DNA of 64,000 nt from Eledone cirrhosa (lineage: Eukaryota), in the NCBI GenBank assembly GCA_964016885.1, contig OZ024742.1, positions 344,968,001 through 345,032,000 of the forward strand, in the 5' to 3' direction. The notes under the pieces are model-generated. The model saw only the letters and a list, made by a program, of their open reading frames with translations, did not search any database and was not told where the DNA came from. Shown here in pieces: positions 13,760 to 26,501 of the stretch (position 1 is its first letter; every line of letters begins with the position of its first letter). The position numbers were made by a program, and so were the translations under genes.

Positions 13760-14440
13760 GGGGTGTCATATCTGAACATTCTATAAGAGGAGTCAGACTC
13801 TCAAATCACTGTTCTATGCAAATGTAATATAACAGTAGGACCTGGCATGGTCCCCCTATTATATATGACCCCCGGTAGGCTCTGTGTCATTGTATGTCTG
13901 AATCTCCGGTAAATCTGAATACCTTCGGGATGGTCCGGAGATCAAATTTCTCATATAAAGGCTCTAGTCTGGCCATCAAGCAATAGATTACCCCCATCTC
14001 ATATATAAATTAATTAGGTATCACATCCACAAGTTAGAGTGGAGTCTATTAATAGGTACTAAAGGAGTTCATATCATGATGATTACAATCTGGAGATTAA
14101 ATCTCTCATACCAGGACACCTGTCTGGCCACCAAGCAATACATAAACTCCCATCCCACATATAAATCAGGTATCCCATCTACAAGTTAGAGCGGAGTCTA
14201 TTAATAAGTACTAAAGGAGTTCATATCATGATGACTACAATGTAATATGGGGTGCCACACCTGGCCAATCTATAAGAAGAGTCAGACTACATAATTAATT
14301 ATATGGGTCTCACTATCAGTAATGGTCTTATTATCATACATGACTCCCGGCGAGATTCAGGTCGTAGTATGACTGCATCCCCGGTAAATTCACCAGGGTG
14401 GTCCGGTGGCCGGTTCTCTCGTCAAAAGATACCGATAAGG
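13760..14440. repeat. Nested degenerate direct repeats (~150-bp tandem pair inside a ~490-bp period)
   Basis: 13945-14090 vs 14098-14241 share GGAGTCTATTAAT..GTACTAAAGGAGTTCATATCATGATGA; 13760-13800 vs 14249-14289 share TCTATAAGA.GAGTCAGACT. Confidence 0.8.
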
Positions 14441-14827
14441 TCAACAGGCAACACAGAGACTCCTAACTCATGCATCACCTGTGCATAATTCATTGAACTG
14501 ATCGTTTACAGTATATATTCACATAACAATACGATTATCTATCTAATCATCAATCTATCTCTTGGTGGTAATCCATGCACAGGATTATGTTATCGCAACC
14601 AGTACTGTGTCCCCGGTTTATACTAATCTTATATTTGTGCAATGCAGTTTAAGTAGTCCACGGTCGAGATATCAGAATTAGAGGTACAAGGGGGTATTCC
14701 CAGGGTAGGTGGTACTAAAATGCTGTCAGTATTATCTTTAGGGTATATAAATGGGTGTGGATGTGAGGTGTAAGGTGAGTTACTGATGTTAATTGCTAGG
14801 GGTGGTGCCGGTTCCAGTCTGACATTA

Positions 14828-15838
14828 TTATATATAGGGTTTAAAGTTTTGGAATGAGTGTCGGAAGCGGTGTTGGCAAGTTGCGAACACTTCTGATTTT
14901 TTATTAAGGAGATTATGTTTAGAGAAGATGATAGTATGGGTCTCTAGTAGACAGAGGTTACAAAATGTATTAGGTGGTTCGTACGATGTTGCACTACCTA
15001 CCACTTCCCATTTAAGTGTATATATTTTATTTTTAGTTTTTAGATAGTGTATGTAGCTAGATAGTGAAGTGGAGTTGGCTAGACTGTGTTTTTTGAAAGA
15101 GTGGAGGTGCGAATTGTATCTAGTTTTGAAGCAGTTAGAAGTAGAGCCTATATAGGTTTCAGAAGAGTTGTTAGTTGTGACTGTACATGAGTATATGATA
15201 TCCTTGGTTAAGCATTTTTTATCTAAAGGGCAGGTTCTATTTGATCTACAGTTACAATTACTCTGGGTGCTAGTCTGCCGGTTACTATGCTGTGTAGAAG
15301 TTTGGATGTTAGCTATAGGGTTATGGTTATGTGGGTTGTGGTGCGCAGCGTTAATGTTTACACTAGTGCTATTACTATTATTTCCATTGATATTACGGTT
15401 ATTTGTTATAATGTTACTTTGACTGTTATTTTGAATGTTATTTTGAAGGTTTATCGACCGTTGTGATTTAGTTTGTTGAAAGTAAGAATTAATTTTTCTT
15501 TTATTGGTACTAGCTATGTGGTATGCTAAGTTAGGCGTAGTAGAGTATGAGATCTTAATAGTGTTTTTGTTTAAAAGGCCGTGGTACCTGTGGCCGGATG
15601 GGAAGTGTTTATCTAGTAGTGAGAAGAAAGCCCTAGGTAGGTTGGTAGAGACGTTTAAATTGAAAGGAGGGTTGAAAAATGTATTATTTCTTCTTCTATT
15701 TCTGTTTTTTATGTCTGGTGATTTGTTTCCTTTAATGTTCCTATGGTAATTTCTGTGGTGTGGGTTACTTTTGTTGTTACTATCCCTATTAGTGTGTGCG
15801 CAGTTGCTATTCCTATTATTAAATTTTCCCATGGACAT
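14828..15838 (-). CDS. Uninterrupted PLE-type GIY-YIG endonuclease ORF (336 aa) lacking reverse transcriptase
   Basis: FNPPF..LLDKHFP..K.SYS post-RT segment; CNCRx4CPL, DIIY...YIGST, KTRY, CNLCLLE, LLN, CQH; CAACATG start context; no RT motifs upstream. Confidence 0.85.
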   Translation of the reverse strand: MSMGKFNNRNSNCAHTNRDSNNKSNPHHRNYHRNIKGNKSPDIKNRNRRRNNTFFNPPFNLNVSTNLPRAFFSLLDKHFPSGHRYHGLLNKNTIKISYSTTPNLAYHIASTNKRKINSYFQQTKSQRSINLQNNIQNNSQSNIITNNRNINGNNSNSTSVNINAAHHNPHNHNPIANIQTSTQHSNRQTSTQSNCNCRSNRTCPLDKKCLTKDIIYSCTVTTNNSSETYIGSTSNCFKTRYNSHLHSFKKHSLANSTSLSSYIHYLKTKNKIYTLKWEVVGSATSYEPPNTFCNLCLLETHTIIFSKHNLLNKKSEVFATCQHRFRHSFQNFKPYI

Positions 15839-16659
15839 GTTGTGTGAAATAATGTTGTAGCTATGTGTTTTTGTATATATATAAGAGTGTGTGTGATATA
15901 TATAAGAATGCTTTGTACGTTGCTTGAAGCAATGTGAGATATGATATGTGGTTATGTCTTGGAAGACGCTGCCATGCGGGTGTGTTTGTAAATATTAAGT
16001 TAACAAAATCTGGTCAGAAATAATAAAGGTGTGGTTCAGTGAAGAAAAGGAAGGAAAACCAAAATCAATGATAATGTTTCCTTTAAAATATTTATTAATC
16101 CCAATATATTTCGGATACACAACTATTATCATAGTGTCCATTTTGTATCTCGGAATATCCGATAGGTTTTTTTCTAATCCTCTAAGTGGCTCGTGTTGAG
16201 GTTAGGAATGATTGGCATTCGTAGACATGGTTAACACGTTCCCGAGGGTGATACACGCTCGCCAAGAGGTATCAAAAGTATCAAATGTTGCAGGCTTTGT
16301 TGTTGCCGACAGACAGTCGGTTGATCGTACGATGTTTTCATGAACATATAATTTGTTTATTAGACTTGTTTGTTTGTTTATTTATTCACTTATTTACTTA
16401 TTTATTTTGTTATAGGTTGGTAGATGACATCAGCCATTGCGTGTCCTTCCATTCCAGTCTGTTATTGATGGACGGAATCAGTTGATTGATTAAAAATGCA
16501 TCTTTGATCCACAGGGTTCCTATGTTGCGTTCCGTGGGTATTATCGTAATGTGGCGTCTTGCCTTTGTGTCCGGAATGCCGAGGAATTAGTGGCAACATT
16601 CTCTTTAATTTTGATGTGTAGGGGTCAGTCGAAGTGTGCTGTCGAATAATTACAATATG

Positions 16660-17020
16660 TATACATACATACATACATGATAGCTTCCCCTCATTATCGA
16701 GTATGACCATTGCACGATATACCATTATTAGTAATTATTAATTAATTCCATCGTGCAATGCCTATGCGCAGAGATCTTTTTAAAGTGAAGAAAGACTGTG
16801 CACTGAGCCAATCCCACCCCCTGAGCGACACTAACTATAATCCGAAAAGAAGAAAAGATCAACATCATCGGTAACTACTGAGCCGCACGTCTTATGTCAG
16901 AGTTATCCCAGTTTCCTGAGTTGCCTTCTCCTAGAAGAATGCCCTGAAAACGGCTAGGGGTCCTTCACTCCCAATGGTTTAACCGCGTGATCGGGTATCC
17001 AGCCCGACTATTTCTATGTC
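16660..17020 (-). mobile_element. Short non-autonomous retroposon with (ATGT)n tail, probably RTE-related; intact reference copy
   Basis: Homologous to 27362-27858, 30225-30277 and 55934-56128; CTAGGAGAAGG(C/A)AA motif on the minus strand; internal hairpin ATTGCACGAT/ATCGTGCAAT. Confidence 0.65.
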
Positions 17021-17279
17021 CTCACGCATATACATACACATACATATGTACATGTGTATATACATATTTACACAATTTTGGATGGCCGTTGACTCTTATG
17101 AGTTCTTCCGCCCTTTGGTAGGTTTTGTTTTTTTGTCTTGCAGGGTGTCCAAAATGACCCTCCTCACCAAGTAAACTTGGTGGAGTTGCCAGTTTAGTCG
17201 CCGACGACCCGACCATGCGACAGGTTGTACTGGGTTACCTGTTACCAGTAGCACGTAACCCAGTACAACCCGTCGCATA

Positions 17280-17405
<126 letters not shown>

Positions 17406-18121
17406 GAAAATTTGCATCACCACCTCCTGTTACATATATTTACAATACACTATATATTTCGAATTGTAATTTTGTACGCCTAGAAGATAAGACACTTGCA
17501 CGATATCAACGTAGAAAAGGGTGCGACCTATAAACGAGTATATAGTGAAGAGGCGTGGCTTAGTAGTTATGGCATTGGGCTTGCAATCAGGAGGCTGTGA
17601 GTTCAATTCTCAGACTGGGTGATATGTTGTCCCTTTGAACAAGACACTTTATTTCACGTTGCTCCATTTTACCAACGTGGAAAAGAGTGCGACGTATACA
17701 CGAGTATATATGATATATACATTTGGAATAATTACGACAAAGTAATAAAACATCATATTGGCAAATATATAGACCCACCTAGTTTTTTTATTCCATTTCC
17801 ACAAGAGCCAACCAGTGTATTGAAGATTCTGCAGGACTAGGCAAACACTGAAATATTAACCTGGTTCTGTGAAACACTAGTTGTTATCTCGTGACCCGCA
17901 ACAAGCAATTGCACTACTACACAACAAAACCTGAAGAAGAAAAAAGCAGAAATATACTTTGAGAAATTAAGCAAGGAAGAAAAGGGAACTTACGTTCTGG
18001 TGGAGTCTTAGGGTTACCATCCTTACACACGGTGTGACTTCGTAATTTTTAACGTGGCAGGGCTCAAACTTCACAATATCTGAACACAGTGAAAGATAGA
18101 GAAAGAAAGAAAGAGAAAGAG

Positions 18122-18187
<66 letters not shown>

Positions 18188-18863
18188 TACTTTAGGACTG
18201 GCTTGATAATTTATTTATCGACTTTGAAATGAACACAGAACATTGTGAACTGGAACAAATATGGCGGCAGTTGACACTGCAACGACTCCACCAAAAAGGG
18301 AACTCTCAAAATAAAATACAAATCTCTCTTCTCTCGACAATCAAGAATGAATGTTAGGGAAACATTTTTACATTAGATGGAGGTAACTATAAAATAAGAT
18401 TTAGAAGAAACGCAGTTGAAAACAATTCATGGTATCCATAGAAACGAGGAGACACAGGAACATAATCACAGAATCACTCTCTAGAGAGAATATTGGTTCA
18501 TTCTATAGGAAGTTTTTCGCCCTTTCACTAGCACGTATCTAATGAAATTATCTATAATTTTGAAATAACCCTGAATATAATCAAGTATACATTGGCTAAT
18601 ATAACCAACTTTCTCATTACTAATTTGATGTTTGGAATATAACTTAACAGAAGCTCTTGCATAAAATTATGATTGAAGGTGTTTAGATAAATATAAGCAT
18701 TTTTACCCTCTCGTTTCACTATTTCTAATGACATACACTGCCTATGATTTTCAAAGAATTCTGAAAATAACCAAACATTTGTGGGGATTTAGCGACAAAA
18801 ATATTTACACAAAATTATGATGGAAGGATTTTTCATAAATATAAACTACTTGTTATAAACAGT

Positions 18864-19045
18864 TGTTTCTACATTTGGCACAAGGCCAGCAATTACTCAG
18901 TGCATTACTGGTACTTTATTTCATCGACCTCGTAAGGATGAAAGGCAAAGTTAACTTCGGTGGGATTTGAACTCAGAATGGCAAGGGCCGTAATTCTAAG
19001 CGCCAAAGCATGGCGTCGACCCTCTACCGATACTGCCAATCCACC
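18864..19045 (-). mobile_element. tRNA-derived SINE (MetaSINE-like)
   Basis: Reverse complement of the 12551-12735 family. Confidence 0.85.
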
Positions 19046-19657
19046 AACAACTTTTTATAAACAGTATCATCGAACCAGCGGTGATTTCAGGTGGTTTAAT
19101 TTCAAAAGAGTAAATGAAAATTCAACCTGCCTAACAAAGCCCTATAGAACTATTGCCAGTGTTTTATATATAACAATCGGGCACTGTCAATGATGATGTC
19201 TTTGGTGCTGTGACAGACATAAGTTCAGTGTAGGAAGAAACTGATACACAGGGTTTCCCTCAAAAATGTATACATAGTTCAACAACATTCTAATAGATAT
19301 TGCCGTACAGGTAATCGAAGTGTGTATATATTCTGGGGACACACACTGTATATATGATTATGGATCTGTAATTTATCCGAGAGAAGAGAATAGTGTAATA
19401 GAGAAGAAGTGAAGCTAATAATACTCTGTACCATTGACTCCTACATTTGCTGGTTTGTTTGTCATTTTCAACTATATATATATATCGAATAAGAAAAAGC
19501 GAAGTAGTTTCAGATGTTAAAGTCCTTTAATGATAATGCTGTGATACATATTTCAATAACGACAGTGGCCACACGGTTCGGTGCGCCAGTGCCGTGACAT
19601 CATCAAACAGCTTGTTACATAATAAGGTTATGTTTCCGAGGCAATCCAAATTGAATC

Positions 19658-22600
19658 GACATGGAGATCCTTCTCCAGATCAGGCCCGTGAATGTGAAGA
19701 CAATCCCGGACCACATCCGCCTTCAGAATGGGACGGTCATTCATATTATGATCGAGGGCAAAATGCCTCATTGTTAGTTTGTGGGGAAAAAACCCATTTG
19801 CGAGCCTTCTGCCCTCAACTGCTGAAAGATGCAAGAGGTCGAAAGGCTCCGCTGCTGCCGACGCCAGGGCGAGGACCACAACCAACACCAGCACCGGCAA
19901 AACCACCAACAACAACACCAATAGAAAGACCACCACCAAAATCACCATCGCCAGAATCCCCCAAACGCAAACAACCTAAACAGACGCAAGAACAAATATT
20001 CACACAAACATCTGAAACCACAGACACCGCACTCACAACAAACACAGACACAACCGAAACAACCCACCAAAGCCATCACCACCACAGCCACGCAAACAAA
20101 TAAAATCACACCAACAAAACATACAAAACTTCGTGCTCGTCTGGAGGGCCAACAAGGAACTGATGGCCCTCGTAGCACGAAGTGAAAATATACAAAAAGA
20201 GGGGGACATTTTTAAATCGAGCACATTTTGCGTGCCGGAAGATTTGGTTCTGGTGCGAATATCGCCCGATTTATACAAAGAAATACGAGACAGCTTTCCT
20301 CGGGACGTAGGAACCCCGAACGTAAAACCCACTTCAAGACTTTTAAAGGGGTTCACAAAAGAAACCTACCAACTATGGAAGTCGAACCACCCGACCTTCA
20401 CAAGAGACCGGAAGGTAAGTAAACCTTTGCTCTCTCTCTTTTTAACCTGCCAACAAATACATGGCCGTATTAAGAGTAGGATGTTTAAATGTTCGAGGCC
20501 TGGGATCGTCCTGGAAGCAGGGTCACTAACTCAACGACCTCAGGTCTCTAAAAATGGATGTAATTGCAGTCAGCGAGACCAGGATTTCCGAATCACGCGC
20601 ATTTTCGACGACTATCAGATCTTTGCATCTGTTAGCTGGCCGGGAATGGGAGGCGGGGTGGCAGTGCTGTTTAGGAAAGGCCTGGATCTCGAGGTAAGGT
20701 CGATCTTCTGGGACCCGGATGGGAAGTTGGTGCTCCTGGACGTGAACAATAACGAAGGTGGTGCCTTTAGACTGGTGGCCGTCTATGCTCCTACTGGGGC
20801 AGGACGGCCGGACATCTTTAGACGCCTGCAAGCCTTTCTGGGTACGTCTCGCCTTTTACTGTTAGCGGGGGACTGGACCGGCATCTTAGACGCACGCTGG
20901 GACTGTGTGGGAGTATCTGATAGGAGCGGGGGATGCAAAAGCCTCAAGAACTTGATCAGCCAGTTCCAACTGTCTGACAGGTACCGACTAGATTTCCCTA
21001 ATGCGCCAATGTGGACCTGGACTAACCGCATAGGGTCATCTAGATCGTATATAGACAGGATATTCATTAGGAAAATAGACAAATAGTGTAAGCTGTCCAC
21101 GTTTTGAAAAGGTCGCCTATTCAGATCACAAGTTTGTGATCTGTATGGTCGACCTAGATAAGACGCGTAGGTTAGGACCTGGTTACTGGAAGCTAAACAT
21201 GTCATTTCTGGCACGTAAGGCTTACAGGGACCAGGTCAACAATTTAGTTATATAAAAAGTTGACAGGGGAGTCGTCGACAATAGATGGTGGGGGGGCTCT
21301 CAAAAGAGAGATTAGATTAGTGTCGATAGAGTTTAGCAAAGAAGTAGCGTTAGAGAAAAATAGAAAGGAGGGGGAGTTGGTAGATAAGTTAGACGAGGCT
21401 ATTGGTAGTGGCATTGCAATTGACGTGCTAGCGGCGAGAATGGCATTAGACCATTACTTCAATGCGAATACGAAGGTTGCATTGTCAGAGGTAAGGCGCG
21501 TGCTCTGAGAAACGAGAGAACCAAAGCTGTTCGATGGGCCCGCGTGGCAGAGGCGCAGCGTGGTAATAAAACCACGATTCGGTCTTTGACAGACCGAGAC
21601 GGACACGAGCTGAGCGATTCCAAGCGGATATGTGAGGCCTTTCGCCAACATTTTGCACGGTTGTTCGGGGGAAGTGGCGGGTCAGAGATGGTGGCGGACT
21701 TCAGTCTCTACCTCGATGGCTTGCCGCAACTCTCGACGGCTGACGCTTGGTGCTGCGAAAGGCCAATTACTTCAGCCGAGATTCAGGATGCCCTTGTCGG
21801 CTGCATGAGGCGCAAGTCACCCGGTTTGGATGGTCTGCGCTACGAGCTTTACGTAAATATGCCAGACTTGTTCTCCAATCTCCTCGAAGCGCTCTACTGC
21901 AACTGGCAGCAAAACGGGAGTATTACCAGTTCTGTGAGCCGGGGCGTAGTGATGCTGATAAGGAAAGACGAGAACAAGAGCGACACATTAGACAATTTCA
22001 GGCCCATACCTCTGCTCAACACAGAGTTTAAGATTTTGACCAGGGTGTTAGCGAAGAGGTTGGCGCTTGTCGTCGGGGATTTGTTTGGGGAGGCGCAAAC
22101 TTGCGCAATCCCAACCAGGTCCATACACGACAACCTCCACCTAATGCGATACATTATATAGAGGGTACAGTGTAAACCTGGCTTCGGTAGGTCTCTGATC
22201 GATTTAGATCAATCGAAAGCATTCGATAAGGTCGACCATCGGTATCTGGAGGCTGTCCTCAAGGCGGCTGGCTTCGGCCCCGTCTTCAGAAGCTAGATCG
22301 CTACAATGCACAGCCGCACCTGCTCGAAGGTCAAAATTAATGGCCACCTCTCGGAACCGTTTCAGGTCTCCCGATCGGTCCGTCAAGGGTGCCCTCTCTC
22401 TTCCCTTCTGTACGTATTGACTCTCAAGCCTTTACTGCGGAAGCTGGAGCTGCTGCAGGGCATCCCGCTCGAACCGGGACGCGCAAAGCTTGTGTCGGCT
22501 TATGCGGACGACATCACCGTGATTGTGTCGGACACCTCAGAAATCGAGTTGGTCGGCAACTTATTGGAGGAATATGAAAGGTTGACGGGAGAAAAACTTA

Positions 22601-23805
22601 ACCCGGAAAAGTCGGTGGGCTTGCAACTCGGTACCTGGAGAGGCAAGTCGATGCCGTCCAACAGCGTCGTTAGGGGCTCGACGGACGGACCGGTAAAGTT
22701 GCTAGGAGTTTTGTTCGGGCCAGACCTCCAGGTGGAAAAGAATCAGGACGAAGAGACGGGCAGGGTAGCGAGTCTCATCCAGAAATGGGCTGTGATGAAG
22801 CTATCACTGAAAGATCGGGCGGAGGTTGCCAACGCGTACATCGCGTCCTTCATCTACTACCGTCTGACTGTCGTCCCTTGCCCCCGTTCGCGCCTCGCCA
22901 TCTTGGAGCGGCTCCTTTTCAAATTCTTGTGGAGGGGTCAGGTTCCGTTGGTGAGGCAATACATCTGCTGCAAGCACCCTCTACGTGGAGGGCTGGGCAT
23001 GCCGTGGCTAATGATGCGCAGGCACGTGCTGAGGCTGCGGCATGTCCTGAGATTCTGCCTAAACGGTGAACAGGTGTGGTCTCCGTTTGTCAGACGGGCC
23101 TTTCCGCAGCTCGTTTCTTTGACTGAGCTGCAGTCCTGGATCAAGAAGAGACTGAGACTGGGTGACTGGCATCTGGAATGTTGCCAGGCACTCACTGCCC
23201 TCTACCAGGTGGGCAATGCGGTCAGTGGAACTTCCACTCTCGAGTTCTATAGAGGATTAGTGGTGGGCAAGTGCGACGACGCACTCGGAGAGGCTCTGGG
23301 AGTCGACTAAGTCGAACTAACCAGTCTGTACCGGTGGACTTTCGAGCCGGGGACAATAGATAATTTCCAAAAATCACTCGCTTTGTAGTGCTACCGGGGG
23401 GGAGGGGGGGCACTGCCGGTTCAAGATAAACTCTACAGGCACGGAAGTGTTGTCCGACGGACCTGCCTGAGATGCGCGCAGAGCGACGAAACCGTTCTGC
23501 ACGCACTCGCTATCAGCCGAGTCCATAGTGAAGATCGACCCGCCGCCTTCTTTTGGCCAGGAAGGGCAGGCAATATTCCTCTGTCTGGTGGCAGTAGCGA
23601 AAGAGGTTGTATGGTAGACGAGGTTGAAAGGACTGAAGACAGACACTTTTCTCTTCGGCCAATCCCTCATCAACTTTTTCAAGTTTCACTTGGAAAGGAA
23701 GGTGAGGGTGGAGAGAGAAGTGCTGCCCCCAGTACATTTGCTGAAAGGTGGGTGAATGTGGCGAGAATGGCCCGGGTGAGTGGGCCTACTCTGGTCATGA
23801 GACTT
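19658..23805 (+). mobile_element. Tx1/L1-clade LINE, family B copy 1: ORF1 C-terminus plus pseudogenised ORF2 (APE, RT, C-terminal Zn finger); lacks both native ends
   Basis: Zn knuckle CxVCGEKTHLRAFC; APE motifs GGGVAVLF, LVAVYAP, AGDW, SYIDR; RT motifs KSPGLDG, FRPI.LLN, KAFDKVDH, RQGCPLS, YADD; multiple stops and frameshifts. Confidence 0.93.
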
Positions 23806-25719
23806 CCGACAAACACTCTCCAGGAGGATTTATAAGGACATCCTTCCGGAGGAGGCCACAAGCAGTGAAAATGATGGAGAAACCTCCTTCCTCTACGAGA
23901 AGTAAGGTAAGTGGTCTTTCCCATCTTTTCCACTCCATTTCAACATGACCACACTCAGAATAGGCAGCATAAATGCGCGTGGCTCGGGGTCGTCATGGAA
24001 GCAGGGCCACCTGCTCAACGACCTCAGGTCACTAAACATAGATGTAGTGGCCATCAGCGAGACCACAATCTCCGAAGCACGGGCCTTCGCACCGATCATC
24101 GGCGGCTACGATGTGTACGCATCTCCCAGCCGTCCGGGATCGGGGGGAAGGAGTTGCTGTGCTTTTTAGGAGAAGTTTGGATCTCGCCATACGGGCCATC
24201 TTCCTGGACCCAGAAGGTAAGTTGGTGGTGCTGGACGTGACCAGCGGAGACGGGCAAGCTTTCAGGCTAGTGGCCGTCTATGCCCCGACAGGAGCAGGAC
24301 GGCCTGATTTCTTCCGGGTCTGGAGAACATTCTTGGAACGTTCCGCTCGTTATTATTAGTGGGCGACTGGAACGGCGACTGGGACTGTGTGGGATCAACG
24401 GATAGGGGAGGAGGGTGCAAGAGCCTCACCAACCAGCTTAGGCGTTTTGAACTGTCTGACAGATACCGATTGGATTTCTCGAATGTGCCAATGTGGACTT
24501 GGACAAATCGCATAGGGTCATCCAGATCATATCTAGATAGAGTATTTTGTAGGGAAATAGATAGGTCTAGCATAGGCTGTCCACAATTCAAGATAGTCAG
24601 CTACACGGACCACAAATTTGTGATCTGTGTGCTTGACTTAGATAGGCTTCATAGACGAGGAACCGGCTACTGGAAGCTAAACGCGTCCTTACCAGCGCGC
24701 AAGGCCTACAGAGACCGGATTAGCGAACTAGTTAAGCGGGCGTTGACGGGGGCCATCGTCAACAAAAAGTGGTGGTTTGCTCTGAAAAGAGCAATTAGAA
24801 TAGAGTCCATTAGGTTTAGTAAGGCTTTAGCAATAGAGAAAAATAGAGCAGAGGGAGAATTAGTTAGATAATTAGACGAGGCGCTTAGCAAAGGCATCGC
24901 GACCGACGTACTTGCGGCGAAATTGGCCCTTGACCAATTCTTCAATGCAAAGCACGAAGGCTGCGTTGTCAGAGCTAGGGTGCGTGCTCTCAGACACGAG
25001 GGGACGAAAGCCGTTCAATGGGCCCGAGTGGCGGAGGCGCGTCGTGGCAACAAAGCCACGATCCGGTCTTTGGTGGACCACGACGGGCGCATGCTACTCG
25101 ATCCCGGGCAAATGTGTGAAGCTTTTCAGCGACACTTCGCACAGCTGTTCGGGGGCAGCGGCGGGCCCGATCGAGGGATGGACTTTAGTGTCTACCTCGA
25201 CGGACTGCCGCGGCTCTCGGCCACTGAGGTGGAGTGATGCGAAAAGCCGATAACAGCCGCTGAAGTACGGGAAGCAATGACTGCCTGCACAAGGGGTAAA
25301 TCGCCTGGTTTGGATGGTCTGCCCTATGAACTTTACGTACAGATGCCAGACTTGTTCGGTGGCCTCTTGGCGGACGTCTACTGCAACTGGCAACAGAATG
25401 GGAGAATTCCCAGCTCTGTGAGCCGAGGAGCTGTGGTGCTGCTGAGAAAGGATCCGAACAAGGGGGATAACATAGATAATTTTAGGCCCATAACTTTGTT
25501 AAACACAGAGTTCAAGATTTTGGCCAAGGTGCTAGCAAAGAGGTTGGCGCTTGTCGTTGGTGGTCTGGTGGGAGAGGCGCAGACGTGCGCCATTCCCGAC
25601 AGATCCATCCACGACAATACATGCAATACATCGTAGAGAGGGTAGCTAGGGAACCTGGCACGGGTGGGTCTTTGATCAATTTAGATCAGTTGAAAGCTTT
25701 CGATAGGGTCGACCATCGT
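23800..25719 (+). mobile_element. Tx1/L1-clade LINE, family A fragment (ORF1 end, APE, N-terminal RT), fused to the preceding copy
   Basis: MTTLRIGSINARG start at 23945; YTDHK, YWKLN, KSPGLDGLP, NFRPITLLN; ends at KAFDRVDH. Confidence 0.92.
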
Positions 25720-26354
25720 TAAAACTTTGCTATTCTATCTCCGGTGAGATGTTATTTTAAGTGGTAGTATTCCTGCAACAATTAATTTTCCTTAGACATT
25801 AAACACATTATACATGACAAAAACATACATTACTAGAAATCTCTGACGTTATAAAATAAATAGGATGGGTTGGGATCTAAAATATGTAAACTAAACGACT
25901 AATTCTGTTTTGTTTTTTTAAATCAACGGTGACAACCTAGAAAAATTACCGATTGCCCTTCTGCTTATTCCATTCAGCTGCGCCGCATAGTCCAACCACT
26001 TCATTTATTCCAAATCCCCCGCTTATACCCCCTATTTTTTGGGACCCGAGAGAACATGGGATTAATTTAAAATGGAGGATCGTCAGCAATTTAATCAATA
26101 TCTACCAATAAACTCTCAGTGCGGTTATCAATATCCCAAGTAGTCTAATGAGACCAGTAGAATAACAAAGAGTGAAGCAACTTATCTAATGAACAACTCC
26201 CGATTAACGGCATGTCATAATCCACATATATATTGTCTGTCTGAAGGCGTGTGGCTCAGAGTCTCAGGTAATCATAGGCATAGAATTATAGGGCGTAGGT
26301 TTGGTAGAGTCGTAACAGTGTCGGATTTAAAAAGTTTTGGTATATGATATATAC

Positions 26355-26499
26355 CAGTCATGGGAAAACTGCGGCCCGTTTACCTTTCTGAATGGCACGC
26401 CTGATTTCAAAATGACTTTGGATTTTTTAATGGTGCGGCCCACCATTTGATAGACACATCCTGTGTGGCTCACTGCTCGGAAAAGGTTGCCCATGTCTG
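26355..26499. mobile_element. hAT (Charlie-type) MITE
   Basis: TIRs CAGTCATGGGAAAACT / AGGTTGCCCATGTCTG with subterminal GCGGCCC motifs; no clear TSD. Confidence 0.7.
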
Positions 26500-26501
26500 G
26501 T

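Noticed and set aside
16090-16165. Possible hammerhead upstream of the GIY-YIG ORF (stem, GAAA-TATA-TT, AATAAA on minus)
   Set aside because: No CUGANGA half or stem I found; at most a truncated remnant.
17870-17930. LLVAGHEITTS resembling the cytochrome P450 I-helix motif
   Set aside because: Spacing deviates from AGxETT, an in-frame stop follows and no other P450 motif is nearby.
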